Source: Clostridiales bacterium (GTDB lineage: Bacteria; Bacillota; Clostridia; Christensenellales; Aristaeellaceae). From it: a stretch of DNA of 64,000 bases. A model generated the notes under the pieces. That model made no database searches and was not told where the DNA came from. It saw nothing but the letters and a program-made list of their open reading frames with translations. Where the stretch lies: NCBI GenBank assembly GCA_015056265.1, contig SVGR01000001.1, positions 228-64,227 on the forward strand, written 5' to 3'. This document shows positions 33,997 through 43,527 of this stretch, piece by piece; within the stretch, counting starts at the first letter, position 1, and each line of letters begins with the position of its first letter. The position numbers were made by a program, and so were the translations under genes.

Positions 33997-35670
33997 ATGA
34001 AAAAACTGCTTGCTATGCTGCTGGCCCTCATGATCGTTCTCCCCCTGTGCGCCGTGGCAGAAGGCACCGACTGGACCACCCCCTACGATGAACTGGTAAC
34101 CGTTTCCGTTGGCCGTCCCGACCAGGGATTCATCTATCCCGGCGAAGGCGAAAACTACATGAACAACCCTTATCACAACTGGATCCGTGACACCTTTAAC
34201 TTCCAGCTGGATCCCTACGGCGAATTTGGCTGGCTGGCCCTGGAAGGCCACGGCCAAAAGGTCACCCTGGCCATCACCTCCCGCGAAATGCCTGACATCC
34301 TGCAGGTAGACCAGAAGCAGCTGCAGGATCTGCTGGGCTCCGATCTGATCGTGGATCTGGCCCCCTACATCGAAGAATATGCCAGCCCCATGGTCAAAGA
34401 TGTGATCGCTGCCCACGGCGGCATTCAGAACTATTTCTTCAAGAGCTATTATGAAGGCGGCGTATACGCTATCAGCGGCGCTGAACCCTCCTACCAGGAT
34501 TCCCTGCTGTGGATCCGAATGGACTGGCTGGAAAAGGCCGGCATGGAAGTTCCCACCAATCTGGAAGAACTGACCGCTGTGGCCCGCAAGTTCAAGGAAC
34601 TGGATCTGGCCGGCGGCGGCCGCACCGTGCCGATCGAAATCCAGACCTCCTCCTGGGGCTTCTATGGCGCCTACAATACCCCCTGCGCCGTTGACCCCAT
34701 CTTCAACAACATGCAGGCCTATCCCCGCCTCTGGTACAAGAATGACGAAGGCAAGTTCGTCTACGGTTCCGTTCAGGAAACCATGAAAAAGCCCCTGAAG
34801 CTATTGGCTGACTGGTACGCCGAAGGCCTGCTGGCCATCGACTTCGCCTCCCGCGATCACGTGGCTTCCCTGGCCGCCGGCAATTCCGGCATCACCTTTG
34901 GTCCCTGGTGGTCCAATGGCTGGCCGCTCTATGACTCCATGGCCAACAACGAAGGCGCCCTGTGGATGCCCATTCCCTTCCAGTTCTCTGAAGACGGCAC
35001 TTACTACTCCTTCGGTGTGGATCCCTCTGCCGGCCGCTATTTCGTAGTCAGCGCCAACTGCGAGCATCCCGAAGTTGCTGTAAAGCTGCTGAACATCATG
35101 ACCGAAAAGAACGTTATTGCCAACTTTGGTGAAGCGCTCAACGTCAACGGAAAAGTGTATGAACGCACTCTTCCCGCCGATGTTTATCATGCTTATGATG
35201 GCGTGGCCGGCGTGGGCAACGCTTCTTGGCCCATCGAAATCTATGCCACTTTCCCCGACGGCACGCTGCAGAGCTACAAGCGCAGCAACGCCAACTGGGA
35301 AGGCTGGTACAATGATGGTATCGTGCCCGAAGGTGCCACCGAAAGCACCATCATGAATTATGAAAAGCGCAAGGCCTGGTATGCCGGCGAAGACACCTCC
35401 ATCGGCACCTGGCAGAACGTAACCAATCTCGAAGCTCAGAATCTGAATGTTAAGTACGCTGAGAATTATAACCTGCTCAACAACGTATATCCCCTGCCCA
35501 CCCGCACCATGAACTCCCGCTGGGGTGATCTCGGCGCTTTGGAAATCACCACCGTGCTTTCCATCATCAAGGGTGAAAAGCCCATCGAATACTTTGATAC
35601 CTTCGTCAAAGATTGGATGAGCCAGGGCGGCGAACGCATCATTAATGAAGTCAACGCCGCTTTCCAGTAA
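33997..35670 (+). CDS. large (LplA-like) ABC sugar-binding lipoprotein
   Basis: Signal peptide MKKLLAMLLALMIVLPLCAVAEG. 557 aa. Followed by two sugar-type permease genes. Confidence 0.8.
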   Translation: MKKLLAMLLALMIVLPLCAVAEGTDWTTPYDELVTVSVGRPDQGFIYPGEGENYMNNPYHNWIRDTFNFQLDPYGEFGWLALEGHGQKVTLAITSREMPDILQVDQKQLQDLLGSDLIVDLAPYIEEYASPMVKDVIAAHGGIQNYFFKSYYEGGVYAISGAEPSYQDSLLWIRMDWLEKAGMEVPTNLEELTAVARKFKELDLAGGGRTVPIEIQTSSWGFYGAYNTPCAVDPIFNNMQAYPRLWYKNDEGKFVYGSVQETMKKPLKLLADWYAEGLLAIDFASRDHVASLAAGNSGITFGPWWSNGWPLYDSMANNEGALWMPIPFQFSEDGTYYSFGVDPSAGRYFVVSANCEHPEVAVKLLNIMTEKNVIANFGEALNVNGKVYERTLPADVYHAYDGVAGVGNASWPIEIYATFPDGTLQSYKRSNANWEGWYNDGIVPEGATESTIMNYEKRKAWYAGEDTSIGTWQNVTNLEAQNLNVKYAENYNLLNNVYPLPTRTMNSRWGDLGALEITTVLSIIKGEKPIEYFDTFVKDWMSQGGERIINEVNAAFQ

Positions 35671-35691
35671 TTTCTCAATTGCATAATCAAA

Positions 35692-35719
35692 GGAATGGGC
35701 GGCGCAAGCCGCCCATTCC
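35692..35719 (+). promoter_or_regulatory. intercistronic 12-bp stem-loop with GCAA tetraloop
   Basis: GGAATGGGCGGC-GCAA-GCCGCCCATTCC. A T7 run starts 12 nt later. Confidence 0.6.
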
Positions 35720-35815
35720 CGCAATCCGGCCTTTTTTTCCTATTTCTTCCGATTATCTTTTGCCGAGAGAGCATCGCCCTCCTTCTGATACCAAGCCAAC
35801 GAAAGGATGAAATGC

Positions 35816-36754
35816 ATGAAAGAAATGACCATGAAAATGGCTGAAAAAGCCATAAAAAAGAGGAAACCATTCACAAAAAATGAATGGATTTATTTCGGGA
35901 TGCTCTCCCTGAGCCTCGTCTATATCTTTATTTTCAATTATATCCCCATGTTCGGCGTTATTATCTCCTTCCAGGATTTTAATCCTGCCCGCGGCTTTTT
36001 GAAATCCGAATGGGTAGGCTGGTACAATTTTGAAATGGTGTTCACCTCCTCCAAGATCGGTCAGGTATTCCTCAATACGGTGATCCTGTCCGTAACCAAA
36101 ATGTTCTTCAATTACACCATTCCCATTCTCTTTGCCATTCTGCTGGACGAAGTATTCCACGTGCGCTACAAGCGCTCCATCCAGACCATGGTATATCTGC
36201 CCAATTTCCTCTCCTGGGTTATCCTAGGCTTCACGTTCAAGCAAATGTTCGGCTATAACGGCTTGGTGAACAATATCATCACCTTGTTTACAGATAAACC
36301 CATCCTATTCTTTGAAGACAACACCTGGTTCCGAATCATGGTTATTGCCACCGATGCCTGGAAGGATTTCGGCGCCGGGGCCATCATCTACATCGCCGCC
36401 CTGACCAACGTCAACCCCAACCTTTTTGAAGCGGCGGAAATGGATGGCGCCTCCCGCTTCCAGCGCATTATTCACGTATCCCTGCCCGCCCTCAAGCCCC
36501 TGATGCTGCTGAATCTGACCCTCTCCCTGGGCGGCGTGCTCAATTCCGACTTTGGCCAAATCTTCAACCTTTATAACCCCACAGTGTATGAAAGCGCCGA
36601 CGTATTGGCTACATATGTGTACCGCATGGGCCTTGTGGGCGGCGAAATGGGATACTCCGCGGCTGTTGGCCTGCTTAATTCCGTCATTTCCCTGGTGCTG
36701 GTGCTCACCTCCTGGTGGCTGGCCCAGAAATATTCCGACTATCGTATTTTCTGA
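35816..36754 (+). CDS. ABC sugar permease (LplB/MalF-like)
   Basis: Six TM-like segments and an EAAxxDGA-type loop (FEAAEMDGASRFQRIIHVSLP). The start could be 35807 or 35816. 35816 has better AAAGGA spacing. Confidence 0.8.
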   Translation: MKEMTMKMAEKAIKKRKPFTKNEWIYFGMLSLSLVYIFIFNYIPMFGVIISFQDFNPARGFLKSEWVGWYNFEMVFTSSKIGQVFLNTVILSVTKMFFNYTIPILFAILLDEVFHVRYKRSIQTMVYLPNFLSWVILGFTFKQMFGYNGLVNNIITLFTDKPILFFEDNTWFRIMVIATDAWKDFGAGAIIYIAALTNVNPNLFEAAEMDGASRFQRIIHVSLPALKPLMLLNLTLSLGGVLNSDFGQIFNLYNPTVYESADVLATYVYRMGLVGGEMGYSAAVGLLNSVISLVLVLTSWWLAQKYSDYRIF

Positions 36755-36771
36755 GAAGGGAGGCATCATAA

Positions 36772-37698
36772 ATGGTACATACAGCGAAAAAGAAAAAAGA
36801 AATGCTGGTTATCAATGGCCGGCGGATGCGCATGGATTTTCCCCTGGTCATTATCTATATCCTGCTGGGCATCATGGGCTTTTCCTGTCTTCTTCCCCTG
36901 ATCAATATGGTGGCCATTTCCTTTTCCGACGCCTCCGCCGTAAATGCCGGCGCCGTCGCCCTTTGGCCCATCAAGCCCACCCTGGCCGCCTATGAACATC
37001 TGGTGAAGGAAGGCGTATTCTTCAATTCCTTCTTCATCTCCGTCAAGCGCGTGATCCTGCGGGTGCCTCTGTGCCTGTTCATGCAAATCATGATGGCCTT
37101 CCCCCTGAGCAGAAGCGAAAAGCATTTCCGTATCCGGGGCAAGATCATGATCTACTATATCATTCCCCTACTCTTTGGCGGCGGTCTGATCCCCTCTTTC
37201 CTGATCAATAAGACCTTGGGCTTCTACAACAATTTCTGGGTGCTGATCATTCCCGGCTGTCTGGATATCTGGGGCGGCATTCAGATGATGAACTTTTTCC
37301 GCAATATTCCCCGGGAAATGGATGAAGCGGCCTTCATTGACGGCGCCGGCCCCTGGGCGCTGCTGGTACGGGTATACCTGCCCATGTCCATCGCCTCTAT
37401 TGCCACCTTTACCCTCTTTTGCATGGTGGGCACCTGGAATGAATGGTTCACCGGCGTCATCTACTTCAACCGGGTGGAACGCTATCCCTTGCAAACGTAT
37501 CTGAATGCCCTGAACCTGAAGATGCAGACTCTCAGCGACACTTCCGATATCGAAGCCATCCTGGCCAGGGCCAAGCTGAACGGTATGAATTTCAACGCCG
37601 CAAAGATCGTGCTGGCCACCGTGCCCATTCTGGTGGTCTATCCCCTGCTGCAGCGCCACTTTACCAAGGGTATTGTGGTGGGCGCACTAAAGGAGTAA
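36772..37698 (+). CDS. ABC sugar permease (LplC/MalG-like)
   Basis: GGGAGG lies 8 nt before the ATG. Contains the loop DEAAFIDGAGPWALLVRVYLP. Confidence 0.8.
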   Translation: MVHTAKKKKEMLVINGRRMRMDFPLVIIYILLGIMGFSCLLPLINMVAISFSDASAVNAGAVALWPIKPTLAAYEHLVKEGVFFNSFFISVKRVILRVPLCLFMQIMMAFPLSRSEKHFRIRGKIMIYYIIPLLFGGGLIPSFLINKTLGFYNNFWVLIIPGCLDIWGGIQMMNFFRNIPREMDEAAFIDGAGPWALLVRVYLPMSIASIATFTLFCMVGTWNEWFTGVIYFNRVERYPLQTYLNALNLKMQTLSDTSDIEAILARAKLNGMNFNAAKIVLATVPILVVYPLLQRHFTKGIVVGALKE

Positions 37699-37747
37699 CC
37701 CTCAGGCCCGGCCCTCTCCGATCATGAAGAAAGGGGCATCAGCCGTC

Positions 37748-39700
37748 ATGAAGAAGCAATCACCCGTTGATTTTTCCAATGTACGCATCACCGGCGGCTA
37801 TTGGGAAAAGCGCCAACGCCTGAATGAAGAGGTCACCATCGAAGAATGCAAGCGCATTTGGGAATATCAGGCGGGCAATCAATCCCGACTGAAGAAAATC
37901 TATCCCGACCGAAAAACCGTTGATTTGCCTAAGGAATGGGAAAACATCACCCTGACGGAGCGGATCCTGTGCTGGTACGATTTTGAAAAGTGGATCATGG
38001 CCGTCAGTCAATCCATCCTCTGCGGCCATGAGGACAGGGTGGCCCATTTTATCCCCTTCTGCGATCTGCTGATCGATAAGATTGAAGAAATGCAGCAGCC
38101 GGATGGGTATTACAACCGCTTTGTGATGGCCACCACCCATCCATTGAAAAAATTCCAGAACCGCAATGCCTGCGAATTGATGCTGATGGGTCACCTGATC
38201 GAGGGGGGCATCGCCTATTACCATGCCACCGGCAAGCGAAAGCTGCTGGATTGCGCCATCCGCATGGCGGACTGCATCGAAAAGAATGTAAGGATCGATA
38301 AAACCGCCGCATATATCACCGACGGCCATCAAGGCATCGAGCAGGCGCTGGTGGATCTGTACCGAGAGACGGGCGATGAGCGGTATCTGAACCTGTGCAG
38401 CTACTGCATAGAAGAGCGTGGCCGCCACCTTGACGTGGATAAACCCCTTAGCCATTGGTTTAATAACCGTTTGGATCAGTCCCACCTGCCGGTGCGGGAG
38501 CAGCTCACCGCAGAAGGCCACGGCGTCCGGGCGCTGTTCATGTACAACGGCATGGCCAATCTGGCCTATGAAAACGGGGATGAAAGCCTGGTTCGGGCCT
38601 GCAAAACCCTATTTGAAAGCATTACCGAAAAGCGGATGTACCTCACCGGCGGTATCGGATCCACCCATTTGGATGAGGGCTTCACCTACGATTACGATTT
38701 GCCCAATGATAAGGCCTATTGTGAAACCTGCTCCAGCTATTCCATGATCATTTTCTGCATGAGCATGCTGCTGCTGGAAAATGACAGTCGCTATGCGGAT
38801 ACCCTGGAAAGGGTGCTGTACAACGCCTTCCTTTCCGGAAACTCTCTGGATGGGAAAAAATTCTTCTATGAGAATCCCCTGGAAATGGATCCCAAAATGC
38901 TGGGGCAGGAAATTTTCAAAAAAATCCCCTTTGACAACCGCACCCATATGTGGCAGGAACGGCGAAACGATACAAACATCTGCTGCCTGACCAATGTGGC
39001 CCGGCTGGTGCCCATTGTTGGGGGCTTCGCTTACACCCGGGATGCGGATACCCTGTATGTGCATCAGTATCTGGAAAGTGATGCACGCATCTCGCTGGAG
39101 CAGGGGGAAATGCATATCACCCAGCAGACTCAATATCCCGCAGACGGCCAGATCACCCTGGAGATCCGAGGCGCCAGTCCCGGCCGCATCGCCCTGCGTA
39201 TCCCAGGCTGGTGCCAGAATTGGGCCATCTTTGCCGACGGAAAGTGTGTAACCCCGGAAATCATCAAGGGCTATGCCTATCTTTCCCTGCCGGCAAACAC
39301 CATCACCCTGAACCTGGATATGCCCCCCTTCCTGGTGGAAGCCCACCCCTTTGTGCATGAGGATGGCGGCCTGGTAGCCGTACAGCGGGGGCCAGTGGTC
39401 TATTGCATGGAAGAAATGGATAACGGCCCCTACCTCAAGGATATCCGGCTGGACCCCAATGCCCCCATCACTCCGGAAGAAAACGCCCTTTTCCCCTTCC
39501 CCGTACTGAAAGCCACCGGTTTTCGCCGGGACAAAAACCGTTTCTCCGGGTTGTATCAGCGCTATACCGATGCGCGCTCTGCTCAGGATTTGACCCTCAT
39601 CCCCTATTTCACCTTTGCCAACAGAGGAAAGAATGAAATGCTGGTTTGGATGGATCATGTACCCTCCAAAGCTACTAAAAGGAGGGAAGGCAATGAATAA
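37748..39700 (+). CDS. GH127 family protein (beta-L-arabinofuranosidase-like), paralog 1
   Basis: MKKQSPVDFSNVRITGGYWEKRQRL aligns with the paralog 3 N-terminus. Also HLIEGGIAYYHATG, TGGIGS..DEGFTYDYDLP..YCETCSS and ICCLTN. Confidence 0.8.
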   Translation: MKKQSPVDFSNVRITGGYWEKRQRLNEEVTIEECKRIWEYQAGNQSRLKKIYPDRKTVDLPKEWENITLTERILCWYDFEKWIMAVSQSILCGHEDRVAHFIPFCDLLIDKIEEMQQPDGYYNRFVMATTHPLKKFQNRNACELMLMGHLIEGGIAYYHATGKRKLLDCAIRMADCIEKNVRIDKTAAYITDGHQGIEQALVDLYRETGDERYLNLCSYCIEERGRHLDVDKPLSHWFNNRLDQSHLPVREQLTAEGHGVRALFMYNGMANLAYENGDESLVRACKTLFESITEKRMYLTGGIGSTHLDEGFTYDYDLPNDKAYCETCSSYSMIIFCMSMLLLENDSRYADTLERVLYNAFLSGNSLDGKKFFYENPLEMDPKMLGQEIFKKIPFDNRTHMWQERRNDTNICCLTNVARLVPIVGGFAYTRDADTLYVHQYLESDARISLEQGEMHITQQTQYPADGQITLEIRGASPGRIALRIPGWCQNWAIFADGKCVTPEIIKGYAYLSLPANTITLNLDMPPFLVEAHPFVHEDGGLVAVQRGPVVYCMEEMDNGPYLKDIRLDPNAPITPEENALFPFPVLKATGFRRDKNRFSGLYQRYTDARSAQDLTLIPYFTFANRGKNEMLVWMDHVPSKATKRREGNE

Positions 39701-41540
39701 GCAACCCACCGTTTCCGCCTGCCAGGCATCCCTTCGCCCCGGCTATTGGGATATGCGTACCCGCACCCTTGCAGATCAGCTGACGGCTGCCATCAAGCTT
39801 GCCTATGAGAAAAAAGGATGGAATGCGGCGCTGGACGGCGGCCAAGGCCCCTGGTCACTGGGCCCGGAAACAAACGATTGGTATGCAGAGGCGGAAATGT
39901 TTATCGAAGGGGTTGCCGGGTTGACCCAATCCGGTTATAATGATCAGATCTCCGCGCTCGTTCCGCTCATTGACAGCATGATCGATTCCATTGTTGCCCA
40001 CCAACAGGAAAACGGCTATTATAACCGTGGAAATCCAGCTCCCAACCAAATTTTTTCTCATCGTACCCATCATGAATTGATCGCTGCCGGCAAGCTGATT
40101 GCCGCCGGTGTCGCCCATTATCAGGCTACCGGCAGCCAGAAGTTGATTGATTGTGCGATTAAGCTGGCGGATTTCATTGAAAAATGCTTTTGTACCGAAG
40201 GAACCGCCGCCTTCTGCACCGATCCCAATGTGGGCATCGAACAGCCGCTTCTTGCGCTGTACCGGGTAACCTGTGATGACCGCTACCGTCGGCTAACCCG
40301 CTTTTTCGTGGAAAAGCGGGGCAATAACCTCAAGGACAAGCCGGAATTTGACTGGGCGAGCCCGCTTTTCGATCAGACGCATTTGCCCGGACTGGAGCAA
40401 AAAGAAGCTGCAGGATATGCCGTAGGCGCTCTGCGGCTATACAGTGCCATCGCCCAACTGGCAGCTATCGAAGGAAATGATGCGCTGACGGCACAGGCAA
40501 AAGCCCTGTTTGAAAATATCGAAACCCAGCACATGTACATCACCGGCGCTGTAGGATCCACAGGGCGCTGCTTCACCGTGCCCTATGATCTGCCCCATTA
40601 TTTCCCCTACTGCGAACTGGAAGCTGCCGCTAAATTTCTGGATTTTTCCTGGGATATGACCCTGCTGGAAGCGGATGGCCGCTACGGCGATGCATGGGAG
40701 CGAACGCTGTACAATGTGTTCCTGGCATCCATTTCCCTGGATGGCAGTTCCTTCTTTTCCGCCAATCCTCTGGCAGTTGATCCTGCGCTCATCGATCGGC
40801 AGATCTTCTGCGCCACACCCGGCGGTTTGCATGCCCTGGAAAGATGGGGAACGGACGCCATCAATGACCGGCGCATGTTCTATGCCTGCCGTGTTCTGGC
40901 TCAACTGGGCAGCCGGCTGTATTCTATCCGCGGCCGCACCCTATACGTGCATCAGTTCATGGCAAGTGAAGGCGATCTTGGAGATTTGGGCCGCATCACT
41001 GTGGAAACCGATTATCCCCTTTCCGGCGCCATTCATTTCGGCTTGAATGGACTGCATGCCGACACCCTTGCCCTGCGCATTCCTAGCTGGTGTGCTTCCT
41101 TTACCGTCACCGCCAAAGGTGCGTCCCTGCCCTGCCGCATGGAAAAGGGATACGTCTATATCCAATTGCCTCAGGATGAAATCACACTACAGTTGGATAT
41201 ATCCCCCTTCCCAGTGGAAGCCGATCCCCGTATCAGGGAAACTGCCGGCTTTGCTGCGCTGCAGCGCGGGCCCATGGTCTACTGCCTGGAGGAAATCGAC
41301 AACGGCAAGCATCTGAGGGATATCACGCTGGATCCTTTCCATCCCATCAAAGAAGTATCTGGCGATCTCATCCCGTTCCCCGTCCTGGAAACCAGAGGCT
41401 TCCGTCGGGAGGCAAGCCGCTATCCCGGGCTGTACCGCTTCTATACTGAGGATAAATCCCCCTGCACGCTTCGGTTCATCCCCTATTTCGCCCATGCCAA
41501 TCGAGGCGTTAACGAAATGATGATCTGGATTAAAACCTGA
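39693..41540 (+). CDS. GH127-like paralog 2, catalytic and zinc motifs not conserved
   Basis: AGGAGGG lies 6 nt before the ATG. The start overlaps the paralog 1 stop by 8 nt. Fold motifs are retained (GVAHYQATGSQKLID, TGAVGS), but it reads GRCFTVPYDLP..YCELEAA and FYACRVL. Confidence 0.75.
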   Translation: MNKQPTVSACQASLRPGYWDMRTRTLADQLTAAIKLAYEKKGWNAALDGGQGPWSLGPETNDWYAEAEMFIEGVAGLTQSGYNDQISALVPLIDSMIDSIVAHQQENGYYNRGNPAPNQIFSHRTHHELIAAGKLIAAGVAHYQATGSQKLIDCAIKLADFIEKCFCTEGTAAFCTDPNVGIEQPLLALYRVTCDDRYRRLTRFFVEKRGNNLKDKPEFDWASPLFDQTHLPGLEQKEAAGYAVGALRLYSAIAQLAAIEGNDALTAQAKALFENIETQHMYITGAVGSTGRCFTVPYDLPHYFPYCELEAAAKFLDFSWDMTLLEADGRYGDAWERTLYNVFLASISLDGSSFFSANPLAVDPALIDRQIFCATPGGLHALERWGTDAINDRRMFYACRVLAQLGSRLYSIRGRTLYVHQFMASEGDLGDLGRITVETDYPLSGAIHFGLNGLHADTLALRIPSWCASFTVTAKGASLPCRMEKGYVYIQLPQDEITLQLDISPFPVEADPRIRETAGFAALQRGPMVYCLEEIDNGKHLRDITLDPFHPIKEVSGDLIPFPVLETRGFRREASRYPGLYRFYTEDKSPCTLRFIPYFAHANRGVNEMMIWIKT

Positions 41541-41565
41541 ATCACATCCTGAAGGAGGCACAGCT

Positions 41566-43431
41566 ATGAATAAGAGCAAGCCCGTTGCATTCACCAATGT
41601 TCACATCAATGAGGGCTTTTGGCAGCACCGCCAGCGGCTGAATGCCGAAAAAACCGTTCATGCCGTCAAGAATCGCTTTATGGATACCGGCCGCTTTGAT
41701 GCTTTCCAGGGCAATTGGCGGGAAGGCATGCCCAACAAACCCATCTTCTGGTGGTCCAGCGATATTGAAAAATGGATTGAATCCGTTTCCTATATCCTAA
41801 TGGGCGAGCATCGGGATAAAGCCGAAATGTATATCCCCCTGTGCGATCAGATCATTGACCTGATTGAAAAGAATCAAAGTGTCGACGGCTATTATCAGAT
41901 GTGGATTCTGCAGTTTGAACCCACCACCCGTTGGAATGACCGTAACCGGCATGAGCTCTATTGTCTGGGGCATCTGCTGGAAGGGGCCATCGCCTATTAT
42001 CAGGCCACCGGAAAAAAAAAGATGCTGGATTGCGCCATCCGCATGGTGGACTGCGTAGAAAAGGTGTTCCTGCAGGAAAACTCCGCCGCCTTTATCACCG
42101 ACGGCCATCCGGAAATCGAATTGGCGCTGGTGAAGATGTATCGTTTCACCGGTGAAAAACGCTATCTGGATCTGAGCCGCTTCTTCATCGATCAGCGGGG
42201 CAATAACGATAAAGATAAGCCCATTCTGGATTGGGGCACGCACCGTATGGATCAATCCCATCTGCCCGTCCGGGAACAGGAGACCGCCGAAGGCCATGCG
42301 GTGCGGGCGGGCTATCTGTACAGCGGCATGGCGGATGTGGCCTATGAAGATGAGGATGAAGCGCTGCTCAACGCCTGCCGGAAGCTGTTTGACAACATCA
42401 ACGACAAGCGGATGTACATCACCGGCGGCATCGGCTCCACCTTCCGCTGTGAAGGCTTTACCGTGGATTACGATTTGCCCAATCAGACCGCCTATTCTGA
42501 AACCTGCGCCAGCATTTCCCTGATGATGTTCGCCAAGCGCATGCTGATGCTGGAGCCTGACAGCAAATACGGTGACACCTTTGAGCGGGTGCTTTACAAC
42601 GGCTTCCTCTCCGGCACCTCCCTCACCGGCGACGCCTTCTTCTACGAAAATCCCCTGGAAATCGACCCCAAGCAAACCGGCAAGGAAAAATTCGCCAAGG
42701 ATTCCACCCGGATGCCTGCCATGCAGCGTGCCACCGTATTCCATACCTCCTGCTGCCCGCCCAATATCACCCGCTTCATCGCCTCCCTGGGGGACCACAT
42801 CTATTCCTGGAATGAGGATACCCTCTTCATCCACCAGTACATCCCCAATGAGGCCTGCTTCGACGCGGATGGGGCCGACATCCATGCCGCTATCAGCACC
42901 CTCTATCCCCAGGATGGACTGGTAAAAATCAAGGTGGGCGGCGGACAAAAGAGGCTGGCCCTGCGCATCCCCGCCTGGTGCCAGAAATACACCATCACCC
43001 GCTCTGGCAAGGCGGCAGCCTATACCCTGGAAAAAGGATATGCCTATCTGGACGCCTGGGACGAAGAGATCGAAATCAATTTTGATATCCAGCCCTATGC
43101 GGTAGAGGCTTCCCCCCATGTGCTGGATGACGCCGGCCGCATCGCCATTATGCGGGGCCCCGTGCTTTACTGCCTGGAAGGAGTGGACAACGGCTGCGAT
43201 CTGAGGGATCTGCACATTCGCCTGGATCAGCCCATTACCGCGGAAGAGAGCAAGGAATTCATCCTGCCCGTGCTGAAGGCCGAAGGATGGCGGAGAGCAG
43301 CGGAAAAATTTGATACCCTGTACCGCATCTATAATCCCAATGACCGAAAGCCCCAGTCCCTTACCTTCATCCCCTATTACGCCTTCGCCAACCGGGGCGT
43401 AACGGAAATGGTCATCTGGATCAACCCCTGA
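41566..43431 (+). CDS. GH127 family protein, paralog 3
   Basis: AAGGAGG lies 7 nt before the ATG. Contains TGGIGSTFRCEGFTVDYDLP..YSETCAS and SCCPPNITRF. Confidence 0.85.
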   Translation: MNKSKPVAFTNVHINEGFWQHRQRLNAEKTVHAVKNRFMDTGRFDAFQGNWREGMPNKPIFWWSSDIEKWIESVSYILMGEHRDKAEMYIPLCDQIIDLIEKNQSVDGYYQMWILQFEPTTRWNDRNRHELYCLGHLLEGAIAYYQATGKKKMLDCAIRMVDCVEKVFLQENSAAFITDGHPEIELALVKMYRFTGEKRYLDLSRFFIDQRGNNDKDKPILDWGTHRMDQSHLPVREQETAEGHAVRAGYLYSGMADVAYEDEDEALLNACRKLFDNINDKRMYITGGIGSTFRCEGFTVDYDLPNQTAYSETCASISLMMFAKRMLMLEPDSKYGDTFERVLYNGFLSGTSLTGDAFFYENPLEIDPKQTGKEKFAKDSTRMPAMQRATVFHTSCCPPNITRFIASLGDHIYSWNEDTLFIHQYIPNEACFDADGADIHAAISTLYPQDGLVKIKVGGGQKRLALRIPAWCQKYTITRSGKAAAYTLEKGYAYLDAWDEEIEINFDIQPYAVEASPHVLDDAGRIAIMRGPVLYCLEGVDNGCDLRDLHIRLDQPITAEESKEFILPVLKAEGWRRAAEKFDTLYRIYNPNDRKPQSLTFIPYYAFANRGVTEMVIWINP

Positions 43432-43527
43432 TCCGCATTCATTGAAGAAATGTTTCTCTTATGCGCTGGCATCCTTTTGGGGCTGCCAGCGCAATCCATA
43501 GGTCATCCGAGGCATGCGATTTATATT

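Noticed and set aside
33349-34000. ORFs of 89-108 aa in the AT-rich gap: 33349-33663, 33414-33740 and 33731-34000.
   Set aside because: They have no RBS, give F/L/I/S-rich translations typical of AT-rich non-coding DNA, overlap one another, and have no recognisable family.
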